Below, piece after piece: positions 28,213-35,674 of a DNA stretch of 35,674 nt. This DNA is from Alphaproteobacteria bacterium (lineage in GTDB: Bacteria; Pseudomonadota; Alphaproteobacteria; Micavibrionales; UBA1664). The stretch's first letter is position 1; every line of letters starts with the position of its first letter. The notes below the pieces were generated by a model. It saw nothing but the letters and a program-made list of their open reading frames with translations, had not been told where the DNA came from and ran no database searches. The translations under genes and the position numbers were made by a program. The stretch lies in the NCBI GenBank assembly GCA_018969935.1, contig JAGWXJ010000003.1:1-35674 (forward strand), read 5' to 3'.

Positions 28213-29043
28213 ATGGACTCGAAGCCGTTCGACATCTGCATGCATTTCCGCGCCGCGTCTGCGCAGGTGCATGTTGTCGACCCGAAGATCGCGGGCTCTT
28301 ACGAACTGCTGGAGCAAGCGTATAACGAGATGCTTGTCACAACCTTCCCCGAGGAAGCCCCCTACGAAACGCTCGAAAAATGGCACAGGCGCCTTGAAGC
28401 CGCCGACGCTCCCTCCCGCTATATAATCGGCATCTCGGGCGAACATCTGGACAACCCGAAAAAACGCAAGCTCATGGGCCTGTTTGTCGGCATCTACTAC
28501 AAGAAGGCCGATGCGGGTGTACTGGCCTACAACATCGTAAAACCCCAGTGGCAAGGTTCGGGCTTGGGCGCGGCCCAAGTAGAAATGCGCCGCAAACTGA
28601 TGCTGGAAGCTGCAAGACAGGAAGGCAAAAAGCTCGGCGGCATCTTCGCCGAATGTAATGACCCCGCCCTGATGCCATCCTCGGAAGACGTGATGGACCC
28701 GCGCAAGCGCATCGAGATGTACGCAAAAATGGGCGGCCTTCGCGTCCCCATCAAATACAGCCTGCAACTGGGCCCCGACCCTGCCGACAAATCCGACAAA
28801 ATGATGCTGATTGCCTTCCCTCACCCCGCAACGGAGGAATATCCGCAGTACCGCTGCATCGCCGAATTCATCAGGGGGATTTATGAAGTGCGCGGCTTCG
28901 ACCCCGAAAAGCACCCCGATTTCCACCGCATGGAAAGGCAATTGCGCCGCGGCTTCCACAAAGGCAGACAGTCAACGGAAGGCTGGTTAATACCACTGGT
29001 CAACAAACAGGGTCGTTACGACCGCCACCGCTTCATCCTTTAA
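28213..29043 (+). CDS. GNAT-fold acyltransferase, uncharacterised subfamily
   Basis: Acetyl-CoA motif A: LAYNIVKPQWQGSGLG; promoter TTGCAT-17-TAACTA-7-ATG. Confidence 0.8.
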   Translation: MDSKPFDICMHFRAASAQVHVVDPKIAGSYELLEQAYNEMLVTTFPEEAPYETLEKWHRRLEAADAPSRYIIGISGEHLDNPKKRKLMGLFVGIYYKKADAGVLAYNIVKPQWQGSGLGAAQVEMRRKLMLEAARQEGKKLGGIFAECNDPALMPSSEDVMDPRKRIEMYAKMGGLRVPIKYSLQLGPDPADKSDKMMLIAFPHPATEEYPQYRCIAEFIRGIYEVRGFDPEKHPDFHRMERQLRRGFHKGRQSTEGWLIPLVNKQGRYDRHRFIL

Positions 29044-29977
29044 AGGCGATAATCCCGCCCGGCCACGCCTCGGCACCCTCGCGGCGCTTGCGGCGGATGG
29101 CATCAATCGGCACCGCCCCCACATGCACATCACCCGCATGAGTCATGCTCATGCCGTAGCTGGGCTCCGATTGCAAAATGATGCCGTCTACAGCCATATC
29201 CATCTCGCACGGGCCGTAAATGGCGGCACCCGCAAAATTGGTTTCGCGCCCCACAAGGTAGGGCGGCACGCCAACCCCGCCGACAGCCGCCACGCCCATC
29301 ATGCCCTCGACGGCCCGCGCGCGGCAATTCAGGAACACGCGGTTGTATCCTGATGGATGCATCGTCATGGAAGGCACTAGAAGCACCTCGATCCCCTCGT
29401 GCATCAGGGCATGCACCACAGCCGATTGCTGGACATCAAGGCATACAAGCACGCCCACCTTCACGCCGTTCAGCATGAATGACGATATTGTCTGCCCGCC
29501 CTGCATGTTGTCGCCCTGCTCGTCCAGCTCCCACGGCGTCAGCACCATCTTGTCCTGCGTCAGCACCAACGTGCCATCAGCCCCGAAGACATAGGCGCGG
29601 TTGAAATACCGCGTCAGCGCCTCGTTCTTGCGGGTGTCGTTAAACTGTTTGAAATACGGCTCCGGATACGGCTTGGGCGCCCGCACGGGATACGAGCCCG
29701 CCAGAATCGCCAACCCCGTTTTTTTGGCAACGGCGGCAACGCCAGCCAACCCCGCTTCGTTTTGTGACTCCGTCCACTCGAAGCCGTCACCCGCCTTCAG
29801 ATCCTTCGGCGCAAACTGGTACCAGTGCACGCATGCATATTCGGGCAGCACCAGAATGTCCGCATTCTGCGCCTTTGCGGCTAATGCCTTTTCTTCGAGA
29901 AGCGCAATCCACGCCTCCATCGAAGCGACGGGAAACGAAAAATCGATAGGCCAGAGGGCAACGCGGAAATCAGTCAT
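29033..29977 (-). CDS. Carbon-nitrogen hydrolase (nitrilase superfamily)
   Basis: Catalytic triad E (VLPEY), K (QDKMVLTPWE), C (VCLD); RARAVE. Confidence 0.9.
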   Translation of the reverse strand: MTDFRVALWPIDFSFPVASMEAWIALLEEKALAAKAQNADILVLPEYACVHWYQFAPKDLKAGDGFEWTESQNEAGLAGVAAVAKKTGLAILAGSYPVRAPKPYPEPYFKQFNDTRKNEALTRYFNRAYVFGADGTLVLTQDKMVLTPWELDEQGDNMQGGQTISSFMLNGVKVGVLVCLDVQQSAVVHALMHEGIEVLLVPSMTMHPSGYNRVFLNCRARAVEGMMGVAAVGGVGVPPYLVGRETNFAGAAIYGPCEMDMAVDGIILQSEPSYGMSMTHAGDVHVGAVPIDAIRRKRREGAEAWPGGIIAFKG

Positions 29978-29999
29978 CCGGATAGGTTAATTTTTTTCT

Positions 30000-30029
30000 T
30001 TGACAGGGGGTAGAAAATATTTGTATCAC
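30000..30029 (+). promoter_or_regulatory. Sigma70 promoter of the polyamine operon leader
   Basis: TTGACA (30000-30005)-18 nt-TATCAC (30024-30029); predicted start near 30036. Confidence 0.65.
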
Positions 30030-30160
30030 GCCCCTAATTGACTCATAATGTGAGTCATCACGTACGTGCCTCTGGCCTGAAATAGTGGTTTATGTAACGG
30101 CGTAAAACTTGGGTTGAATTGGGGACCAAGCCCCACAACTTTGAATTAGGGTTTTATGTC

Positions 30161-30280
30161 ATGATCACTTTTACAACTGCCTGGGGCCACACGCCCCCCA
30201 TAGGAATGGAAATTGGTTCTTCCACTCACCTGATTGGGCACGGCGTGCTTTCGCACGCATCGACCCGTCGCAACGGATAA
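30161..30280 (+). CDS. Putative 39-aa leader peptide (uORF) of the ornithine decarboxylase operon
   Basis: Hand translation: MITFTTAWGHTPPIGMEIGSSTHLIGHGVLSHASTRRNG*; AGGG 9 nt upstream; below the ORF-track length cutoff. Confidence 0.6.
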   Translation: MITFTTAWGHTPPIGMEIGSSTHLIGHGVLSHASTRRNG

Positions 30281-30356
30281 ACGGTCAAGGCTTTAGAACT
30301 TCCGGCTTTTAATATGGCCGGGGGAACGAAGCCCTATCCGCTTTCCTCGATGGAGA
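30243..30356 (+). promoter_or_regulatory. Structured cis-regulatory leader RNA (possibly related to the alphaproteobacterial speF leader)
   Basis: Stems GCGTGC/GCACGC, CCGT/ACGG, CGGATA/TATCCG, GGCTTT/GAAGCC, CTTCCGGC/GCCGGGGG, and TTTCC/GGAGA over the RBS. Confidence 0.55.
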
Positions 30357-30364
30357 TGCGCACG

Positions 30365-31570
30365 ATGTCAAACATCATCACCCCCCAAAGCTTTGCCAAC
30401 CGCACGCCGCGCCAAGTGGCCCTGCCCCCTCATGCCTATACGGGCGAGGTATCGGACGTTGTGCGCCAGCTGGCCCCCGTCAACCCGCTGTACATCATGT
30501 GGCCGGAACGCATTGCCGAAGCGGCAAAACAATTCCTGACCCAATTCCCCGGCGAAACGGTTTACGCAACCAAATGCAACCCAGACAAAATCGCGATCCA
30601 GACCATGTATCGCGCTGGCGTCCGCGCATTTGATGTCGCCTCCATCGGCGAGGTCCGCCTCGTCCGCAAGCTGGCCCCCAAAGCCAAGCTGTACTTCATG
30701 CACACCATCAAGTCGCCCGAGGCGATTGCCGAGGCCTACAAGGTCCACGGCGTCCGCGCCTTCGTGCTCGACAGCATGGATGAGCTTTACAAGATCATGC
30801 GCGCAACCGAACTCGCTCAGGACCTCGAGCTGTTCGTGCGCATGGCCCTGCCGAAAAACAGCAAAGCCCAGATCGACTTCTCGACCAAATTCGGGGCCCT
30901 GCCCTACGATGCAGCAGACTTGCTTAAAGCCTGCCGCCCCGTAGCCTCGCGCCTTGGCCTCTGCCTGCACGTGGGCACCCAGTGCACCGACCCTGCCGCC
31001 TACAAGCGCGCAGTGAAAGTGGCGGCGCAAGTGCTCAAGGCATCCAAAGTATCCATCGACGTCCTCGACGTTGGCGGTGGCTTCCCCGTGGAATACCCCG
31101 GCTCCCAGCCCCTGCCCCCGTTCCAGGATTTCGTGGACACCATCACGAGCGCCCTCAAGGCCCAGAAGATGGATACCATCCCCCTCATGTGCGAACCGGG
31201 CCGCGCGCTCGTGGCCAACGCCGTATCCCTCGTGGTGCGCGTGGAAGGCCGCAAGGGCAACCTGCTGCACATCAACGACGGCACCTACGGCGGCCTCTTT
31301 GACGCGGGCGCCCAAGTGCGCGCGCGTTATGCCACCAAAGTCATCTCGCGTAACGGCACCGCCCGCCGCGAGCAGGATCTCGTCCCCTACCGTTTCGCAG
31401 GCCCTACCTGCGATTCCATCGACATGATGAAAGGGCCGTTCATGCTGCCCTCCGACATCGTGGCAGGCGACTGGATTGAAATTCAGACCATGGGCGCCTA
31501 TTCTCAGGCCCTGAGGTCGAACTTCAACGATTTCGGTCACGCCGACCAAATCGTGATGAAAAAGATTTAA
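30365..31570 (+). CDS. Fold-type III PLP-dependent ornithine (/lysine) decarboxylase
   Basis: YATKCN (PLP Lys), FDVAS, KFG, HVGTQ, DVGGGF, EPGR, NDGTYG, GPTCDSID, GAYS; GGAG RBS at 30352. Confidence 0.92.
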   Translation: MSNIITPQSFANRTPRQVALPPHAYTGEVSDVVRQLAPVNPLYIMWPERIAEAAKQFLTQFPGETVYATKCNPDKIAIQTMYRAGVRAFDVASIGEVRLVRKLAPKAKLYFMHTIKSPEAIAEAYKVHGVRAFVLDSMDELYKIMRATELAQDLELFVRMALPKNSKAQIDFSTKFGALPYDAADLLKACRPVASRLGLCLHVGTQCTDPAAYKRAVKVAAQVLKASKVSIDVLDVGGGFPVEYPGSQPLPPFQDFVDTITSALKAQKMDTIPLMCEPGRALVANAVSLVVRVEGRKGNLLHINDGTYGGLFDAGAQVRARYATKVISRNGTARREQDLVPYRFAGPTCDSIDMMKGPFMLPSDIVAGDWIEIQTMGAYSQALRSNFNDFGHADQIVMKKI

Positions 31571-31580
31571 GGAGAAAAAT

Positions 31581-32807
31581 ATGGATAGCGTACTGATTAT
31601 CGGCGCCGGCGGCGCAGGTTCGGTTGTGGCCAAAAAATGCGCCATGAACCCCGATGTGTTCAAGAAAATCCACTTGGCGTCCCGTACGCTCTCGAAGTGC
31701 GAGGCCATCGCGCGCGAGTGCAAAAGCACGGTCACGACCTCGCAGGTGGACGCCGATGACACGCAACAGGTCATCAAGCTCATCGAAAAGGTGAAGCCCG
31801 ATCTGCTCATCAACATGGCCCTGCCGTATCAGGACCTCACGATCATGGATGCGTGCTTGGCAACAGGCGTCCACTACATGGACACCGCCAACTACGAACC
31901 CAAGGACGAAGCCAAGTTTTCCTACAAATGGCAGTGGCCCTACCACGACAAGTTCAAGGAAAAAGGCATCATGGGCGTGCTCGGCTGCGGCTTTGACCCC
32001 GGCATGTCCAACATCTACTGCGCCTACGCTCAAAACCAGCTGTTCGATGAAATCCATACCATCGATATCGTCGACTGCAACGCAGGTGACCACGGCCACG
32101 CCTTTGCCACCAACTTCAACCCCGAAATCAACATCCGCGAGGTAACCCAACGCGGCAAATACTGGAAAGACGGCCAGTGGATTGAAATTGATCCGCTCTC
32201 CATCGCCTGCATGGTCGATTACCCTGAAGTCGGCCCCAAAAAGTCTTACCTGATTTATCACGAGGAAGAAGAGTCTCTGGTCAAGAACATCCGTGGCCTC
32301 AAGCAAATCCGCTTCTGGATGACCTTCTCGGATAACTACATCAAGCACCTCGATGTCCTGCAAAACGTGGGCATGACCCGCATCGACCCCGTTATTTACA
32401 ACGGCGTCGAAATCATCCCGCTGCAGTTCCTCAAGGCCCTGCTGCCCGAGCCGTCATCCTTGGCTGAAAACTACACGGGCAAAACCTCCATCGGTTGCAT
32501 CTTCGAAGGCACCAAAGGCGGTAAACCCGTTAAAAAGTTCATCTACAACGTCTGCGACCACGCCAAAACGAACACCGAACTGGGCGCACAGGCCGTGTCC
32601 TACACCACGGGCGTACCAGCAGTCACGGGCGCGATGATGATGTTCAAAGGCATCTGGAAGGGTGCGGGCGTGTTCAACGTAGAACAACTGCCGCCCGAGC
32701 CGTTCATGGAAGAAGTGGCCAAACAAGGCCTGCCGTGGCACGTCAAGGACCTCGACGCCAAAACAGAAGCCGAACTCAAAGGCGCAAAAGAACTCAAAGC
32801 CGCATAA
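31581..32807 (+). CDS. Carboxy(nor)spermidine dehydrogenase (saccharopine dehydrogenase family)
   Basis: IIGAGG, NMALPYQDL, YMDTANYE, GFDPG, FATNFNPEINIRE, HEE, QAVSYTTGVPA; AAGGAG RBS; adjacent to nspC. Confidence 0.93.
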   Translation: MDSVLIIGAGGAGSVVAKKCAMNPDVFKKIHLASRTLSKCEAIARECKSTVTTSQVDADDTQQVIKLIEKVKPDLLINMALPYQDLTIMDACLATGVHYMDTANYEPKDEAKFSYKWQWPYHDKFKEKGIMGVLGCGFDPGMSNIYCAYAQNQLFDEIHTIDIVDCNAGDHGHAFATNFNPEINIREVTQRGKYWKDGQWIEIDPLSIACMVDYPEVGPKKSYLIYHEEEESLVKNIRGLKQIRFWMTFSDNYIKHLDVLQNVGMTRIDPVIYNGVEIIPLQFLKALLPEPSSLAENYTGKTSIGCIFEGTKGGKPVKKFIYNVCDHAKTNTELGAQAVSYTTGVPAVTGAMMMFKGIWKGAGVFNVEQLPPEPFMEEVAKQGLPWHVKDLDAKTEAELKGAKELKAA

Positions 32808-32809
32808 GC

Positions 32810-32839
32810 AAAAATCCCCGCTACGGCGGGGATTTTTTT
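32810..32839 (+). terminator. Intrinsic terminator between the dehydrogenase gene and nspC
   Basis: AAAAATCCCCGC-TACG-GCGGGGATTTTTTT. Confidence 0.88.
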
Positions 32840-32875
32840 ATGGCGCAAGCCCTAACCCCGCACTATCTTTTCAAC

Positions 32876-34063
32876 ATGAAAAACGCATCCCGCCTGCCAC
32901 TCGCAACCATGCACACACCCGCCTATGTCGCAGATGTGGCAGCCATCCGCCAGAACCTCGAACGTGCTGACAAAATCCGCAAAGGCGCTGGCTGCAAGGT
33001 GCTGCTGGCCACCAAGGCGTTTTCGTTTACCGCCCTCTTTCCCATGATGCGCGACTATCTGGACGGCACGACCGCCAGCGGCCTCTACGAAGCCAAAATG
33101 GGCGCTGATTACTTCGGCAAGGAAATCCACGTCTACGCCCCCGCCTACACCGATGCCGAACTGGAAGGATTGGCAAAGCTGACCGACCACATCTACGTGA
33201 ACTCCCCATCCCAGCTCGCACGCTACCTGCCCATCCTGAAGGGCAAGAAAATCGGCATCCGCATCAACCCCGAATATTCGCTCAGCACCGTCGGCGGCGA
33301 GCTTTACGACCCCTGCGCCCCCTGCTCGCGCTTCGGCACCCGCAAGGACCAGCTGGATGATTTGCCGTGGGAACACATCCACACCCTCCATGCCCACGTC
33401 CTGTGCGAAAGCCGTACCGCCGCGGGCACTATCGGCCTCATCGACACCCTCGATGAAAAATTCGGCGCCTACGTTAAACGCGTTAAAGCCGTGAACTTGG
33501 GTGGCGGGCACTTCTTCAACGATGCCGGTTTTGAAATCGAGCCACTAATCGCCCGCATCAAAGCCTTCCGCGAAAAATACGGCGTCGAAGTCATCCTCGA
33601 ACCCGGCGGTACGCTTGTGTATGATGCGGGTTATCTGGTTACATCCGTCATCGATGTCCACAAAAACGGCGATACGCAAATCGCCATCCTCGACAGCTCG
33701 GCTTCCTGCCACATGCCCGACATCATCGAAACCAACGGCGAATTCACGCCAGAAATTGTCGGCGCAACCCGCGACCTGATGGATGGCGCATACCCGCACC
33801 ACTACCTCATGGGCGGCAAAACCTGCATGACGGGCGACTTCATCGCAACCGCCTACGCCTTCAGGGAACCACTCAAAATCGGCGATAAAGTCGTCTTTTG
33901 CGACCAGATGCAATACAGCTTCGTCAAGGACACCACCTTCAACGGCACCCCGCTGCCCGATATGGCTGTCCTGCACGAAGACGGCCGCTACGAAGTAGTC
34001 CAGACTTACGGTTACGAAGACTTCCTCCGCCGCGTCGGCGGCCCCGTCAAAATATCAATGTAA
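32876..34063 (+). CDS. nspC: Carboxy(nor)spermidine decarboxylase
   Basis: TPAYV, LLATKAFS, TASGLYEA, RINP, YDPCAPCSRFG, HVLCE, NLGGGH, LEPG, CHMPD, TTFNG; start 32876 (32840 possible). Confidence 0.93.
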   Translation: MKNASRLPLATMHTPAYVADVAAIRQNLERADKIRKGAGCKVLLATKAFSFTALFPMMRDYLDGTTASGLYEAKMGADYFGKEIHVYAPAYTDAELEGLAKLTDHIYVNSPSQLARYLPILKGKKIGIRINPEYSLSTVGGELYDPCAPCSRFGTRKDQLDDLPWEHIHTLHAHVLCESRTAAGTIGLIDTLDEKFGAYVKRVKAVNLGGGHFFNDAGFEIEPLIARIKAFREKYGVEVILEPGGTLVYDAGYLVTSVIDVHKNGDTQIAILDSSASCHMPDIIETNGEFTPEIVGATRDLMDGAYPHHYLMGGKTCMTGDFIATAYAFREPLKIGDKVVFCDQMQYSFVKDTTFNGTPLPDMAVLHEDGRYEVVQTYGYEDFLRRVGGPVKISM

Positions 34064-34555
34064 CCAGTCTTCTGATTGTAGCTTCGATAGCTCGCAGCAG
34101 GGTTGCCCGCCTAACAGCTTGTCAAAAGTAAACACGGGCGAGTTGTTGTATGCCAGCTGCGGCCATGCCGTTTGCGTAAACCCGCTGGCCTTGTAAAACT
34201 GCGCAAGGCGCGTGCCTTCAAGCTCCATCACCGTCGTCCAGATCAAAAAGCGCGAAGCCCCGCGCGCCGCTGCCTTGGCCAGCATCTCGTTCAATATGGC
34301 TTTGCCTAGCCCCTCGCCACGCCGCTCGGGCGCTAGGGCATACCAATCCATCCAGATATCGCCCGGATACTGCCTGAGGCCATAAATACCGCAGATGCCA
34401 AATGCGCCGGCTTGGTCACAAACAAGCCAGCGTTCATAGCCAACCACCTTGGCAGGGTCGGTCGTGTGGGAATCCTTTGGAAACAACGCCCTGAAAAGGC
34501 GCAGATATTCTTCCAAATTCGTGTCATTTACGCTAACAAGGCTGTAACTGCTCAT
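34055..34555 (-). CDS. GNAT family N-acetyltransferase
   Basis: GICGIY, WMDWYALAPERRGEGLGK motif A, FYKASGF motif B; TAAAAT 7 nt before ATG. Confidence 0.85.
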   Translation of the reverse strand: MSSYSLVSVNDTNLEEYLRLFRALFPKDSHTTDPAKVVGYERWLVCDQAGAFGICGIYGLRQYPGDIWMDWYALAPERRGEGLGKAILNEMLAKAAARGASRFLIWTTVMELEGTRLAQFYKASGFTQTAWPQLAYNNSPVFTFDKLLGGQPCCELSKLQSEDWLH

Positions 34556-34572
34556 GTGAAGGATTTTACGCG

Positions 34573-35586
34573 ATGACCGCACAAATAACCATCCCGCCCG
34601 AGTGGGCACCGCAAAAGGCGATCTGGACCGCATGGCCCGCCAACCGCGAGGAATGGAATGACGATCTGGATACCCCGCGCCATGACGTGGCAAACCTCAT
34701 CCGTGCGCTTGCCCCCACCAACAAGGTGATGCTGCTCGTCCATGATGCCGAGGCCGAAGCCAGCGCCAAAGCAGCCCTAGGCGATGCCGCCACCTACGTA
34801 CCCGCCAAATACGGCGACATCTGGCTACGCGATACCGGCCCTATTTTTGCCAACGGCCCAGAAAACAATCACGTGGCCCTGCGCTTCAAAACCAACAGCT
34901 GGGGCGGCAAATACGACCTGCCCGATGACGCAACGGTAGGCGACACCATCGCCAACACCGCAAACAAACCCATCAAGCCCTTCCCCTTCGTGCTCGAAGG
35001 CGGCGCGGTAGACCACGATGGCAACGGCACGGTACTGACCACCAAACAAACCCTCCTCAACCCCAACCGCAACGGCTGGACAAAGGAACAAGGCGAAGCC
35101 GCGCTGAAGGAAGCCTTGGGCGCCCGCAAGGTCATCTGGATAGACGAAGGCCTGCTGAACGACCACACCGACGGCCACATCGACAACATCGCACGCTTTG
35201 TGGCGCCGCGCCGCGTCGTCTGCCAAGCCCCCGCCGATGCCGATGACCCGAATGCGCAAACGCTCAACGCCATCGCCGCCACACTGGAAGCCGCCACCGA
35301 TGCCGACGGCAATAAACTTGATGTCATCCGCATCCCCGGCGTTGGCAAGTATGTGAACCCCGAGGGCGGTATCTCCCCCGCCTCCTACATGAACTTCATC
35401 ATCGCCAACGGCGTGGTGGTTGTGCCCGTCTACGGCACCAAAACGGAAAGCGCGGCTTTGGCAGCCCTGCAAAACGTATTCCCTGACCGCAAGGTCATCG
35501 GCGTCAACTCCCGCGGCCTTCTGGGCAGCGGCGAGATGGGCGGCGGGTCCTTCCACTGCATCACCCAACAGGAGCCTGAACTATGA
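34573..35586 (+). CDS. aguA: Agmatine deiminase family protein
   Basis: PPEWAPQ, DIWLRDTGP, EGG, NPNRN, DHTDGHIDN, ASYMNF, GGSFHCITQQEP. Confidence 0.93.
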   Translation: MTAQITIPPEWAPQKAIWTAWPANREEWNDDLDTPRHDVANLIRALAPTNKVMLLVHDAEAEASAKAALGDAATYVPAKYGDIWLRDTGPIFANGPENNHVALRFKTNSWGGKYDLPDDATVGDTIANTANKPIKPFPFVLEGGAVDHDGNGTVLTTKQTLLNPNRNGWTKEQGEAALKEALGARKVIWIDEGLLNDHTDGHIDNIARFVAPRRVVCQAPADADDPNAQTLNAIAATLEAATDADGNKLDVIRIPGVGKYVNPEGGISPASYMNFIIANGVVVVPVYGTKTESAALAALQNVFPDRKVIGVNSRGLLGSGEMGGGSFHCITQQEPEL

Positions 35587-35674
35587 GAAAAACATATCTA
35601 CTTACTATACTGGCATCTACGACACTTCTTATAGCCGCTTGCACAAAAGATGCCGAAGTTGAAATTGCAAAATG
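35583..35674 (+). CDS. Putative lipoprotein, truncated by the window end
   Basis: ATGA overlap with the aguA stop; MRKTYLLTILASTTLLIAAC contains a lipobox. Confidence 0.65.
   Translation, partial: MRKTYLLTILASTTLLIAACTKDAEVEIAK

Noticed and set aside
29033-29977. Calling the nitrilase-family gene aguB
   Set aside because: It lacks the CWDQWF-type signature of N-carbamoylputrescine amidase, so it is left at family level.
30368-31816. 482-aa minus-strand ORF, and similar long antisense ORFs (2638-3483, 6977-7906, 14255-15208, 17731-18819, 19036-19941, 22306-23214, 31524-32363, 34825-35568)
   Set aside because: They are shadows of well-supported genes on the opposite strand, expected from GC-rich codon bias, and carry no motifs.
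1-35674. CRISPR array, IS element or rRNA
   Set aside because: No regularly spaced repeats, transposase motifs or rRNA-like sequence seen.

Overview
Compact, GC-rich chromosomal segment of an alphaproteobacterium. A Micavibrio-like lineage is inferred from the map-radC-purB order, a perfect CtrA box and a G|NVLFIIL pilin-like gene. It holds about 35 CDS and one tRNA-Leu(UAA). Housekeeping genes: map, radC, purB, a cold-shock protein, ldh, cyclophilin, GH13 alpha-glucosidase, M16 peptidase, uvrB, nitroreductase, fhs, class II lysS, comF and a DinG helicase. A polyamine cluster lies at the right end: fold-III ornithine decarboxylase, carboxy(nor)spermidine dehydrogenase, nspC, a GNAT and agmatine deiminase. 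The best candidate for an undescribed system is the ~330-nt leader of the decarboxylase. It encodes a 39-aa uORF absent from the ORF track (MITFTTAWGHTPPIGMEIGSSTHLIGHGVLSHASTRRNG*), whose stop codon lies inside mutually exclusive RNA stems upstream of the decarboxylase RBS, suggesting leader-peptide control of polyamine synthesis. Other notable signals: pervasive leaderless-type promoters, including two ultra-compact bidirectional ones; an integrase-derived gene lacking the catalytic domain; an AT-rich HEPN-like insertion after purB; a methyltransferase with two pseudo-Nudix regions; and a 50-aa Cys-containing small ORF. No CRISPR array, rRNA or transposase was seen. All product calls come from motif recognition by eye, with no database searches.
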